Assembly: GCA_965223075.1 (NCBI GenBank)
Contig: OZ244986.1
Span: 1,795,591 to 1,859,590, forward strand
Reading direction: 5' to 3'
Origin: Candidatus Marinacidobacterium sp.
GTDB taxonomy: Bacteria > Acidobacteriota > Vicinamibacteria > Marinacidobacterales > Marinacidobacteraceae
DNA: 64,000 nucleotides
This document shows, piece after piece, positions 19,378 through 28,854 of the stretch. Each line of letters opens with the position of its first letter. Position 1 is the first letter of the stretch. The position numbers and the translations under genes were made by a program. The notes under the pieces were generated by a model that did not search any database, had not been told where the DNA came from, and worked only from the letters and a program-made list of their open reading frames with translations.

Positions 19378-19719
19378 ATGACGCGCACGCTCGCCGCAAT
19401 CGCTCTTCTCGTCTTCCAGATCGTCATGATCGGCTACGCGCGCTTCGTCCCGTCTCGCTACTTCTGCTGGGCGCCGATGGACTCCCAGAACCTCTACTCG
19501 ATCACAGTCGTCATCGACGGTCGCGAGCTCGACCCCGAAGAGATCGAGACGCGCTATCGGCAGCCGGCGAAGGGCGGCAACTGGCAAGCCATCCAGCACG
19601 TGCTCGACAAGGTCCGGCAGTACGAGCAGACCTACGGCCGAGACGACGGCGCCCGAGTCGTCGTCGCTTACACCGTCAACGGACGTCCGGAGGAGACGTG
19701 GACATGGCCGCCACGATGA
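19378..19719 (+). CDS. Small membrane-anchored hypothetical protein, translationally coupled to the HTTM-DCC gene
   Basis: N-terminal TM helix (LAAIALLVFQIVMIGY). Its stop overlaps the next ATG (ATGA at 19716-19719). Confidence 0.45.
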   Translation: MTRTLAAIALLVFQIVMIGYARFVPSRYFCWAPMDSQNLYSITVVIDGRELDPEEIETRYRQPAKGGNWQAIQHVLDKVRQYEQTYGRDDGARVVVAYTVNGRPEETWTWPPR

Positions 19720-20879
19720 AACCGTCGTGGAATCCGCTGCGGCTCGGCAACACGCCGCTCCCCGTGCCGTTGCTGCTGTCGGCCAAGCTCATCGTGATCA
19801 CGATGCTCGCGACCGGCCACGTGTGGACGCTCCCAGATCCGTTCCTTCCCTTCCTTTCCGTGTTCGATCGGATCGGGGATCCCGCCGCGTTCCGAACCGC
19901 GCTGCAGATCCTGTTCCTCGTCGGCTCCGCCGGTCTGCTCTTCAACCGCAGGGTGCGACTGGCTTCCTTCGTGGTCGGTGCGACGATACTCGTCGGGATC
20001 GCCTCGTCGAGGATCTACTGGGCCAACAACACGTTCTTCGCCGGGGCGTTTCTCACGCTCATCGGACTCTACGCGTCGGAGCGGTCGGTCTGGCTCCTGC
20101 GGGCACAGGTAGCGCTGATCTACTTCGGCGCGGCACTCAACAAGGTGCTCGATCCCGACTGGCTCTCCGGTCAGTTCTTCGAGCACTGGGCGGTCGTCAA
20201 CCTCGAGCACGACCTCTACATCCGCGTCGCCGCTCTTCTGCCACCGATGGCGCTGTCCAAGTTCATGTGCTGGGCGACGATCGCGACCGAACTGAGCATC
20301 TTCGTCGGCTTCATCTTCCCGCGCTGGTGGCCTCTCGCGATTTGGCTCGGCATCCTGTTTCACGCGTCGATGACGATCTTCACCGGAATCACGTTCGTTC
20401 TGTTCCTCTACGTAGCGCCCGCCGCATATCTCGCGTTCGCCCGCTGGCCCAAATCGACCACGGAGGTCATCTACGACGGCGATTGTGGAATCTGCGCGAA
20501 GACGAAACGGTGGTTCGAGACCCTCGACCTCGAAGGCGCCTTTCGCTGGACCACGTACCAGAGTGGAATCGGCGACCGCTTCGGTATTTCCCGGGACGCC
20601 CTTGCGAATCGTCTGCACATCGTCACCGGCGGCAAGCAAATCGCTCAGGGCTTCCACGCGTTCAAGCTGATGCTGCTCTACAACCCGGTCACCCATTTGG
20701 TCATGCTCGGCGTTCTCCTGAGCTTGCACTGGGGACCCGCGTGGGCGCGGAGCGTCGCGATCCTGGGCATGATCGGGTTCTTCTTTCCCATCTTCGACCG
20801 CATCGGCCAAGCGGCGTACGACCTCGTCGCGCAGAACCGGGGCCGCATCGGTTCCGAGCCGACGTGCGCCGTCGAGTGA
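19716..20879 (+). CDS. HTTM (vitamin-K gamma-carboxylase-like) membrane domain fused to a DCC-family thiol-disulfide oxidoreductase (DUF393)
   Basis: The N-terminal ~270 aa are polytopic with HTTM-like motifs. The C-terminus carries the DCC signature YDGDCGICAKTKRW. Confidence 0.65.
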   Translation: MKPSWNPLRLGNTPLPVPLLLSAKLIVITMLATGHVWTLPDPFLPFLSVFDRIGDPAAFRTALQILFLVGSAGLLFNRRVRLASFVVGATILVGIASSRIYWANNTFFAGAFLTLIGLYASERSVWLLRAQVALIYFGAALNKVLDPDWLSGQFFEHWAVVNLEHDLYIRVAALLPPMALSKFMCWATIATELSIFVGFIFPRWWPLAIWLGILFHASMTIFTGITFVLFLYVAPAAYLAFARWPKSTTEVIYDGDCGICAKTKRWFETLDLEGAFRWTTYQSGIGDRFGISRDALANRLHIVTGGKQIAQGFHAFKLMLLYNPVTHLVMLGVLLSLHWGPAWARSVAILGMIGFFFPIFDRIGQAAYDLVAQNRGRIGSEPTCAVE

Positions 20880-21050
20880 GGCACCGTGAACGAGTCCGTA
20901 GCCCCGCCGTCGCACCGGAACGTCGACAGCCGGCATGGCGCGCCGGCAAGGGGCCCCACCGGGAGAACTGGCCGCCGGCCTCCAGGCCGGCACAGCCCGC
21001 CGAAGGCGGGCGGCGGCAAGAACCTCCAGTTCCCAGCTGGTGCCCGCAGA
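20880..21050. repeat. REP-like palindromic element (CCCACCGGGAGAAC / GCCGGCCTCCAGGCCGGC modules)
   Basis: Modules shared with 22230-22290, 48690-48800 and 50660-50700. Confidence 0.55.
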
Positions 21051-21054
21051 TCGG

Positions 21055-21200
21055 GCTACTGCGACATGTTCCCGTCCAATCGACTCCGCTACTGCGACAT
21101 GTTCACCCGGCAGGCCGGGCTAATGCGACATGTTCGCACCCAGCCGACCCCCGCTACTGCGACATGTTCACCCCGCAGATCGGGCTACTGCGACATGTCC
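21055..21200 (+). repeat. Array of five 17-bp direct repeats (GCTACTGCGACATGTTC) with 14-17-bp unique spacers (period 31-35 bp)
   Basis: Repeats at 21055-21071, 21088-21104, 21119-21135, 21153-21169 and 21184-21200. The core GACATGT(T)C is palindromic. The array is absent from the paralogous duplicate segment at ~22290. Confidence 0.8.
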
Positions 21201-21540
21201 CTCCCCCGGCCGACTCGTCCGGAACGGCGTGTCTGGGCAGCGGCGTCGCGCCGTGACAGGCGGGAATCTCCAACTCGACTTTTCCACATCGCCGCCTCGA
21301 CGCGGGAAGAATCGGGACGGGATTCCGTCTGAGGTGGTAGGACGGAGACGTCGCGTTTCCCGTCACCGCACTCCACGGAGGAATTCCCGATGCTGGACAC
21401 CGACCACACCCCGCCGACGCTCACCGCCGACCCGCTCCGGAGGGCCGTCCTTCCGCCGACCCCGCCGATTCTCCGCGCCGGGACAACACCGGCGCCGAGA
21501 CCGTCGAACGATCTCCGGTCGCGTGCCGCAGGCTGGTAGC

Positions 21541-22110
21541 ATGAATCCCGCACAGGTTGCAGAAGCAGTGTTCGACAGCCACCGGTTCGTGAAGCGGCTC
21601 ACCGAGGCCGGCATGGCGGAAGGGTTGGCCGAGGTTCTGGCCGAAGAGCACATGGGTCCATGGATCAGGAACGTCGCCACGAAGACGGACGTGGCGATGA
21701 TCCGGAAGGATCTGGAAGACGCCGAAGCGAACATCCGGAGGGACGCCGCCACCAAGACGGACGTGGCGAACGCAGAAGTGAACATCCGGGGGGATGCCGC
21801 CACGAAGACGGACTTGGAAAACACCGAGGTGAATATCCGGGGGTACGCCGCAACAAAGAAGGATCTGGAAAACACCGAGGCGAATTTCCGGGGGTACGCC
21901 GCCACGAAGACGGACGTGGCGATGATCCGGAAGGATGCGGAGAACACCCAGGCGATGATCCGGAAGGATGCGGAGAACACCCAGGCGATGATCCGGGCGG
22001 ATGTAGACAAACGGATCGCCGAACTGCGTGCCGACCTCATCAAGTGGATGTTCGGGGCGCTGATGGCCCAAGGGGCTCTTGTGGTGGCCCTCATCAAGCT
22101 GTTCTCGTAG
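21541..22110 (+). CDS. DUF1640-like coiled-coil protein with C-terminal TM anchor; contains 42-bp in-frame tandem repeats
   Basis: N-terminus FDSHRFVKRLTEAGMAEGLAEVLAEEHM and C-terminus RIAELRADLIKWMFGALMAQGALVVALIKLFS match the DUF1640 pattern. Five tandem ~14-aa repeats (ATKTDxxNxEVNIRG) lie at 21765-21900. Confidence 0.6.
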   Translation: MNPAQVAEAVFDSHRFVKRLTEAGMAEGLAEVLAEEHMGPWIRNVATKTDVAMIRKDLEDAEANIRRDAATKTDVANAEVNIRGDAATKTDLENTEVNIRGYAATKKDLENTEANFRGYAATKTDVAMIRKDAENTQAMIRKDAENTQAMIRADVDKRIAELRADLIKWMFGALMAQGALVVALIKLFS

Positions 22111-22395
22111 GCCGCGCTTCTCGAACGCTCACCCTGTCGCGATCCGCAACGGAAGCTGCCGGGGGGCGCTGGGCGGCGTTTCCGCGTGAACCCGGAGCGC
22201 TGCAAGCCTGACGGCGCGCTCATGAGGGGCCCCACCGGGAGAACTAGCCCGGACCTGCAGCCAGTCCTGCCGAAGGGAGCCGGCATCGTCCGCCGCCGGC
22301 GTCGAGCCGTGACATGCGGGAATCTCCAAAGCGACTTTTCCACATCTTCGCCCCAACGCGGGAAGAACCGGGCCGGGATTCCGTCGGAGTAGTTA

Positions 22396-22576
22396 ACAGC
22401 CTGTGGTGAAACTCACGCGGCGTTCAAGCGGCGATGCATCCCGGCTGAACCGCGCCGCTTTGCGGCGCTCTGCGTTGCGTTTCGGTCGAAATACACTCGG
22501 TATTCCTCCCTCACGCGCCTTGTCAGCCGGGCGCCTCACCGCTCTCGGCGCTCACGCGAGTTCCACCACAGGCTGT
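22396..22576 (-). mobile_element. MITE copy 1 (~181 bp), TIR AACAGCCTGTGG, flanked by TA
   Basis: Terminal inverted repeats ACAGCCTGTGG...CCACAGGCTGT with TA on both sides. ~85% identical (reverse orientation) to the copy at 58797-58997. Confidence 0.8.
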
Positions 22577-22766
22577 TAAGACGGAAACATCGAGTTTCCG
22601 TCACTGGACTCCAGAGAGGAACTCCCGATGCTGTACACCGACCACAGCCTTCCAGCGCTCACCGCAGACCCGATCCGGAGGGCGGCCTCGCCGATTCTCC
22701 GCGCCGGGACAACACCCGCGCCGGGACCGTCGAACGCTCTCCGGCCAGATGCAGCAGGTTGGTAGC

Positions 22767-22877
22767 ATGACTCCCGCACAGGTTGGAGAAGCAGTGTTCG
22801 ACAGCTACCGGTTCGTGAATCTGTTCTGGAACGTTCGTAAGCCGCGCCCCGCGCGCGCTCAGGCAGAGAGGGAGTAG
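22767..22877 (+). pseudogene. N-terminal remnant of a DUF1640 paralog (36 codons)
   Basis: MTPAQVGEAVFDSYRFVN then diverges. The upstream DNA is paralogous to 21363-21540. Confidence 0.5.
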
Positions 22878-22886
22878 AGCGGACTC

Positions 22887-23141
22887 ATGCCCTTCGCCTT
22901 CGACACCGCCGCCGCAGCGGACACTCTCCAAAAGGCTGGCTTCGATCCACACCACGCTCGCGCCATCGTAGACGTGTTCAAGAGCGTAGATGACTCTCTC
23001 GCAACAAAGGCGGACCTCGCTCCTTTGGCTACGAAAGCGGATGTCGCCAACGCGATCGCTGCAGCCGAGCGGCGACTCATGGTCGCCATAATCGGGGTTG
23101 CCGGAGTTCTGTTCGCCGCGCTTCGCCTTTCCCAGCAATAG
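22887..23141 (+). CDS. DUF1640-like small coiled-coil protein with C-terminal TM anchor
   Basis: FDTAAAADTLQKAGFDPHHARAIVDVF, an ATKADL repeat, and a C-terminal TM VAIIGVAGVLFAAL. Confidence 0.5.
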   Translation: MPFAFDTAAAADTLQKAGFDPHHARAIVDVFKSVDDSLATKADLAPLATKADVANAIAAAERRLMVAIIGVAGVLFAALRLSQQ

Positions 23142-23144
23142 GCA

Positions 23145-23501
23145 GTGTTCGACAGCCACCGGTTCGTGAAGCGGCTCACCGAGGCCGGCATGGAGGAAGG
23201 GCTGGCCGAGGTTCTGGCCGAAGAGCACATGGGTCCATGGATCAGGAACGTCGCCACGAAGACGGACGTGGCGATGATCCGGAAGGATCTGGAGAACACT
23301 CAGACGAACATCCGGGGGGACCCCGCCACGAAGACGGACGTGGCGATGATCGGGAAGGATCTGGACAACACCCAGGCGATGATCCGGTTGGATGTGGAGA
23401 AACGGATCGCCGAACTGCGTGCCGATCTGATCAAGTGGATGTTCGGGGCGCTGATGGCCCAGGGGGCTCTGGTGGTGGCCCTCATCAAGCTGCTCCCGTA
23501 G
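23145..23501 (+). CDS. DUF1640-like coiled-coil membrane-anchored protein (paralog, GTG start, fewer internal repeats)
   Basis: ~85% identical to the 21541 gene at both ends, but with only two ATKTD repeats. Confidence 0.55.
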   Translation: MFDSHRFVKRLTEAGMEEGLAEVLAEEHMGPWIRNVATKTDVAMIRKDLENTQTNIRGDPATKTDVAMIGKDLDNTQAMIRLDVEKRIAELRADLIKWMFGALMAQGALVVALIKLLP

Positions 23502-23823
23502 GCCGCGCTTCTCGAACGCGCACCCCGTCGCGATCCCGCGCCGGAAGCTGTCGGGGACGCTGAGCAGGGGTTCCGCATGAGGTCCGGAGCGCTGCGAGCC
23601 TGACGGCGCGCTGGCGAGGGAAGCCGACCTCCGGTCGGCATCGTATCCACAACCAGGCCCCGCGAATCACGGGAGTCTTGAGAAACCGGCGGATCCGGCC
23701 GAGGCCGAGCGGCATCTCTTCCGCTTCCGTCACCGGGGAGATGGCTCGTTCCTCCGGAGGTGCGGGCGGCAGAGCTTCCTCCGGGGAACCCCTGCGCTGG
23801 ATGGTACCGGGAGGGTGGCCGGC

Positions 23824-25122
23824 TCATCCCTCCAGGTAGCGGGTGGCGGCCAGCAGGCGCGCCGTGATGGCGTCGAAGATTGCAACCTCCATTGCCTGCG
23901 GGAAATCGTCAGGTAGGCCTTCACGCACGGTCTCGAAGGCCCCGGCGCGAATCTCGATCAGTTCCGAAAAGAGGCTTCGAAGGACTCGCGCGGGGACACC
24001 GGCGGCTCTTGCGGTCTCGACGAAATGCCGCGGTTCGATGCACTCCACCACCCGCAACCCGGCGCCTCCCACCGCGAGCGACATCATCGCTTCGTCGGCC
24101 GGAAGCCCCCCGCCGGTGAGCGCCGGCTGCACCGAGACGATGTCGTAGAGCGGCGCGAGGCGGAACCTGCTCCCGGGGAGCAGCCGCAGGCTGTAGTTCT
24201 TGGCATGGCCGTCAATCGCGGCGAGGAGCCAGAAGACGATCTGCGCCCGGAGGAAACTGCGCCGGTCTGCCTCGGACACGACCGAGCCTTCGAACAACTC
24301 GAGGAGCCGGATCATCCCCGGTCCCCCGTCCATCTCGTACTTGCGACCCGACGGGATCCCGAGCGCCTGCGCGAGATCCTCGTGGGGCACCCGCAAGAGC
24401 CGGCCGCCGCCGGCCCACCGCCGGTCGAAACGTTCGACCACCAGGACCCGAACCTCGCCGAAGTCTGCGATCCGAGCAGGCGCCACATCCAGCCCGAACG
24501 CCGACGCCAGGCTCAGGCAGAGGAACTCGTTCTCGACGCTCCGGCTGAAGTCCACCCCCATCAGCGAGCCGATCTGAGGCTTCAGGATGTGGGTCGTCGG
24601 CGTGAATCCGCGCGGGAGTTGCCAAACCCCACCCGAGAGCAGCAGGGCCGTCTTGCGCTGGGCGCCCGCGAGCGAGATACGAAACCGTGGGCCGACCCCG
24701 AGGGGACGCCGGTCCAGTTCCGAAACGAGCCGCGCCACCTCGTCGTCCGCAATCGGCGTCCCCAGAACGGCACCGGGCGGGCCGGGATCCTCCCCTTCCG
24801 GGACGAAGGTCAGCGCGCCCGCCGAACAGCGGCCGAGGTACGCGAGCAGGTTGTAGGGGTGAGTGTCCGGAGCATCCACGCGCGCAGCCAGCCGGGCGCG
24901 CACTCCCTCGGAGTCGGGCAGCAGATTGTCGAGAAACCGGAATACCGGCACCCCGCGGTGACCGGCCGGATCAAGCGGCAACGAGAGCGAGACCGGCGTG
25001 GCGCCCTTCCAGGCGAGCCACTCCGCGTCATATGCAAGCGTGAGCCCGGACGGCGTCCGGGTCAGGGTTCCGAGACGCCTCCCGTTCTCGAAGAGGCGGA
25101 GGGTCCGGCCGACAGACCTCAT
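23824..25122 (-). CDS. hipA: HipA serine/threonine kinase toxin
   Basis: HipA N- and C-terminal domains are present, including HAKNYS, PQIGS and GAQRK motifs. The preferred start is ATG 25122 (MRSVGRTLRLFENGRRLG). Confidence 0.8.
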   Translation of the reverse strand: MRSVGRTLRLFENGRRLGTLTRTPSGLTLAYDAEWLAWKGATPVSLSLPLDPAGHRGVPVFRFLDNLLPDSEGVRARLAARVDAPDTHPYNLLAYLGRCSAGALTFVPEGEDPGPPGAVLGTPIADDEVARLVSELDRRPLGVGPRFRISLAGAQRKTALLLSGGVWQLPRGFTPTTHILKPQIGSLMGVDFSRSVENEFLCLSLASAFGLDVAPARIADFGEVRVLVVERFDRRWAGGGRLLRVPHEDLAQALGIPSGRKYEMDGGPGMIRLLELFEGSVVSEADRRSFLRAQIVFWLLAAIDGHAKNYSLRLLPGSRFRLAPLYDIVSVQPALTGGGLPADEAMMSLAVGGAGLRVVECIEPRHFVETARAAGVPARVLRSLFSELIEIRAGAFETVREGLPDDFPQAMEVAIFDAITARLLAATRYLEG

Positions 25123-25138
25123 TCCGCAAGTCCCGGGT

Positions 25139-25387
25139 TCATTCGAGATCGTCCCGTTCAGCGAGCACCCACTGGCGGTCCCGGAGCACGACCTCCCGGC
25201 CGAGGACCGCAAGCAACCGGAAGACGGTATCCATCCGGGTTCCGGGCGCGCCGTTTTCGGCGGCGGAGACCGTGGCCTGCCGCAGCACGCACGCCTCCGC
25301 CAACTCCGCCTGGGTCATGCCCCGCCGCCGTCGGAGAGACCGAATCGCCTGACCGAGGGCGCGCGGGCTCGTTGCGATGGGATCCAT
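25139..25387 (-). CDS. hipB: HipB XRE-family HTH antitoxin
   Basis: 82 aa with HTH_3 motif LGQAIRSLRRRRGMTQAELAEACVLRQATVSAAENG, immediately upstream of hipA. Confidence 0.75.
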   Translation of the reverse strand: MDPIATSPRALGQAIRSLRRRRGMTQAELAEACVLRQATVSAAENGAPGTRMDTVFRLLAVLGREVVLRDRQWVLAERDDLE

Positions 25388-25439
25388 GGGGCTATTCCGA
25401 TATACGCCGTATCGTATACTGCACGAATATACGCCAAAC

Positions 25440-25750
25440 CGCAAATCACCCATCCGACCGACGGTCCGGGCCGACAGGGACCGCCGACCTCCGGTCGGCA
25501 TCGCCCGCCGCGGGCGGGCGAAACCGGCAGTAACCCTCCAATAGATGGCGGCGAGCGAAACGGCGCTCACGTAGGCAACCAGGTCGCCATCCCGCAGAAT
25601 CCCCGTGCTTCGCTTCCGCGGACCGCCGGCTGTGACACTTCCGGTCAGTTGCCCGGGCCGGCGGCGCGCCGCCAGCACGGGTTTCGCCCTACCGGGCGAT
25701 GCCGGTCTGGAGACCGGCGGTCCCTGGCCCTTCCGCCGCCCGTCGCTAGC
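25440..25750. repeat. REP-like mosaic palindromic region
   Basis: Contains GACCGCCGACCTCCGGTCGGCATCGCCCGCCGCGGGCGGGCGAAACCGGCAG and GATGCCGGTCTGGAGACCGGCGG modules. Confidence 0.6.
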
Positions 25751-25751
25751 C

Positions 25752-27701
25752 CTACCCGCGTGCGTGGCGGAGCGGGATCCGGATCAGGAACCAGCCGAGC
25801 ACTATGAACACCAGGAAGCCGGGCACGCCGGACGGCATGGCCACGAGCGTCGGGAACTGGTAGTCCCAGACCGCAAACCCAGATAGCGCCACGCCCATCA
25901 ACGCCTCGCCCGCGATGAGTCCGGACGCGATCAGCGTCCCGGCACTCTCCCCGAGGGACCGCCGCTCCGCCGGCAGCGAAGCCATCTGGCGGTCGCTCAG
26001 CCAGCGGAAGAAGCCGCCGACGAAGATGGCGAAGGTGGTCTGAAGCGGCAGGTACATCCCCACCGCGATGAGCATCGGGGAGGGCGCCTGGATCAGGATG
26101 AGGAAGAAGCAGAGCGCGATCCCGAAGATCACGAGCGGCCAGCGCATGTCGCCGCCCACGATGCCCTGGGAGAGAAGCGCCATCAGGCCCGCCTGGGGCG
26201 CGGGTAGCTCTTCGCCTCCAACGCCGATTCCGCCCGAGGCGATGTCTCCCTGGTGGAGGAGCATCATCGGGAGGACGAGGAAGAACGAGGCGAAGATCAC
26301 CCCGAGGATCTCGGCCCATTCCATACGGAACGGAGTTCCCCCGAGGATCTGACCCACCTTCAGGTCCTGGAGCATGTCCCCCGCGACCGCGCAGGCACAG
26401 CAGACCACCGCGGCAACACCCAGCACCGCCGTCACCCCCTGCATGCCGGTGACGCCGAGGAAGGTCATCAACAACGCGGCCAGCAGGAGCGTCGAGATGG
26501 TCAGGCCGGAGACCGGGTTCGAGGAACTCCCGATCACCCCGACCAGATAGCCGGCGACCGCCGAAAAGAAGAACCCGGCGATGATCATCACGATCGCCGA
26601 GCCGAGCGCGCCGAGCGGCTGGCCGGTGTAGTAGTTGTAGAGGAAGAAGGTCGGGATGACGAGGGCCACCACGCCCGCCGTGGTCCAACTGAAGGAGATG
26701 TCGCGGTCCTTCTCCTCGCCCGATCCGGCCGGGTGGCCGGTCCGGATTTCGGCTATCGAGCGCCGGAGTCCCTCGCCGAGCGACTTCCGCATCCGGAGCA
26801 GCGTCCAGACCGCACCGGCGATCATCGCCCCCACGGCGATCGGCCGCACGAGCTCCGCCCAGACGACGCTGCTGACCGCGCTCCAATCGGCACCCGCCGC
26901 CGCCAACCGGTTCGCGTCCGCGAACTCGGGGTTGAAGAAGAGGACCGCCGGGATCATGAACCACCACGCGAAGACCCCACCGGAGAAGGTGAGCGCCGCC
27001 AGCCGGAAGCCGATGATGTAACCCACCCCCAGGTAGGCGGGCGAAGCCGACGGGGTGGAAAAGGGGAACACCCCGGGCTGGGCCGCCGCGCCGAACGTCT
27101 GGCCGCCGACGGCGACCGACCCCTGGAAGGAGCCGTACCCGAAGGCGCCGGCGATCCGGTCGGTGAAGAGCTGGATCCCTTTCGAGTTCTTGAGGACCTC
27201 GATCAGCGCGCCGACGCCCATCATCTGGAACAGCAACCGCCCACCGCTCGCTCCCTTCCCGGCGCGGTGGATCTCGGCGGCGGCGACCGACTCGGGGAAC
27301 GGCAACTCGGGATCGTTGACCATGCTCCGCCGCAGGATGACGACGAACAGGATGCCGAGCAGCCCACCAACCAGCATCAGCAGGGTGCTCTCGAGGTAGT
27401 GGAACTCCTCCCACGCCCCCACCATCAGGAAGGCCGGGAGCGTGAAGATCGCCCCGGCGGCGAGCGCCTCGCCCACCGACGCGGTGGTCCGGGCGATGTT
27501 CTCTTCAAGAAGGCTGCCCCCCTTGAAGAGCCCCCGGATGACCACCATGGAGACGACCGCGGCCGGGAAGGTGGCGGCAACCGTCTGGCCGGCGCGGATG
27601 CCGAGGTAGGCGTTGGCCGCCCCCAGCACCACGGCCATGAACAGGCCGAGGAGAAGAGCCCGGAGCGTGAACTCGCGGGAACTGCCGGATGAGTTCGCCA
27701 T
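25752..27701 (-). CDS. OPT-family oligopeptide transporter
   Basis: 649-aa polytopic protein with OPT-superfamily architecture and motifs (NAYLGIRAGQTVAATFPAAV...). Confidence 0.75.
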   Translation of the reverse strand: MANSSGSSREFTLRALLLGLFMAVVLGAANAYLGIRAGQTVAATFPAAVVSMVVIRGLFKGGSLLEENIARTTASVGEALAAGAIFTLPAFLMVGAWEEFHYLESTLLMLVGGLLGILFVVILRRSMVNDPELPFPESVAAAEIHRAGKGASGGRLLFQMMGVGALIEVLKNSKGIQLFTDRIAGAFGYGSFQGSVAVGGQTFGAAAQPGVFPFSTPSASPAYLGVGYIIGFRLAALTFSGGVFAWWFMIPAVLFFNPEFADANRLAAAGADWSAVSSVVWAELVRPIAVGAMIAGAVWTLLRMRKSLGEGLRRSIAEIRTGHPAGSGEEKDRDISFSWTTAGVVALVIPTFFLYNYYTGQPLGALGSAIVMIIAGFFFSAVAGYLVGVIGSSSNPVSGLTISTLLLAALLMTFLGVTGMQGVTAVLGVAAVVCCACAVAGDMLQDLKVGQILGGTPFRMEWAEILGVIFASFFLVLPMMLLHQGDIASGGIGVGGEELPAPQAGLMALLSQGIVGGDMRWPLVIFGIALCFFLILIQAPSPMLIAVGMYLPLQTTFAIFVGGFFRWLSDRQMASLPAERRSLGESAGTLIASGLIAGEALMGVALSGFAVWDYQFPTLVAMPSGVPGFLVFIVLGWFLIRIPLRHARG

Positions 27702-27819
27702 GCCGCCTCCTTGGAACGAGGGATGGGCCAGTTCGGCGTTATATCACCGAGCGGGGGTGATGGAGGCCCCCATTGCGCCAGCAGCCCGGACCGCCTCCAG
27801 CGGTGCGTAGAATGCGGGG

Positions 27820-28812
27820 ATGCTCGATATGAAGGTGATGGAACGAAATCGACGGACACCGGTTTCCGAGTTGGAGTTCGTCGGCTGCGAGCCGATCCGG
27901 GTGAGCGCGGCCGAGATCGAGGGTCCCGAGTGGGAGGGACGCCGCGTCGAGTACTGGCACGCGCTGACGGAGACGGCTTGGCTGGTGCGGGAACCGACGA
28001 GCCCGTACCACGAAGTTCCGTCGCGTCGCCTTCCGGCCCTGGTGGAGCGGATCTGCCAGGCCCGCGGGTCGGCGGCCCGGTGCTTCGGTTCGTCCGATCT
28101 GCGGATTCGGGAAGAGGACGGATCGCTCGGCGATCTGATGCAGGCGGACGAAGCGGTGTACCTGCGCCCCGGCAAGGCGAAGATGCCGCGGGGCGCCGCA
28201 CTGATCGTGGGAGAGGATGACCCGCCGGACGTCGTGCTGGAGGTGGACAACACGACGGACGTTCGGCGCGGCAAGCTGATCGCGTATGCGGAGTGGGGGT
28301 TCCCCGAGATCTGGGTGGAGACGCCGGACGAGGGTTCGCCGAGCCGGCCGCGGGCCCTCCGGCCGCGGCTGGCGCTCCATGTGCTGGAGGACGGACGGTA
28401 CCGGGAGTCCATGGAGAGCCGGGCGTTTCCGGGGTGGCGCGCGGAGGAGATCCACCGCGCCCTGAACGAATCGGAGCTGTCGCTGGCGACGGATGCCGCG
28501 CTCTGGCGGGTGGGGCGGGCGCTCGGGGAGCGGGAGGGAACGGTCCCGGAGGACGATCATCTGCTGCGGCGGATGGAACGGCGGGGACATGCCCGAGGAC
28601 TCGCAGAGGGCCAAACCCGGGCGGCGCTGGAGGAACGGGCAGGGATGGCAGCGGCGATTCTGCGTCACCGCGGCGTCGCGGTTTCCCCCGACTTCCCGGC
28701 CGGTCTCTCCCGAGACGACCGCGCCATCCTTGCGGCGGCCTCCCCTGATGACGTCGTCGAGGCGGCCTCCGGCGCCGCCACCCTGGCCGACTTCCTCGCC
28801 CGTCTCCAGTAG
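27820..28812 (+). CDS. Uma2-family (DUF820) PD-(D/E)XK endonuclease fused to a C-terminal DUF4351-like domain
   Basis: Uma2 core PDVVLEVDNTTDVRRGKLIAYAEWGFPEIWV. The C-terminal RRMERRGHARGLAEGQ...AILRHRG...LADFLARLQ resembles DUF4351 of Rpn/YhgA-like proteins. Confidence 0.65.
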   Translation: MLDMKVMERNRRTPVSELEFVGCEPIRVSAAEIEGPEWEGRRVEYWHALTETAWLVREPTSPYHEVPSRRLPALVERICQARGSAARCFGSSDLRIREEDGSLGDLMQADEAVYLRPGKAKMPRGAALIVGEDDPPDVVLEVDNTTDVRRGKLIAYAEWGFPEIWVETPDEGSPSRPRALRPRLALHVLEDGRYRESMESRAFPGWRAEEIHRALNESELSLATDAALWRVGRALGEREGTVPEDDHLLRRMERRGHARGLAEGQTRAALEERAGMAAAILRHRGVAVSPDFPAGLSRDDRAILAAASPDDVVEAASGAATLADFLARLQ

Positions 28813-28854
28813 CCCAGCGCAAAAAGGGCGGCGGCATCCTCGCCGCCCTCCCGA

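Noticed and set aside
21055-21200. Direct-repeat array considered as a CRISPR array
   Set aside because: Repeats are only 17 bp with 14-17-bp spacers, far below CRISPR dimensions. No cas genes are nearby. The Cas4-like domain at 28.9 kb belongs to a helicase fusion, not a cas operon.
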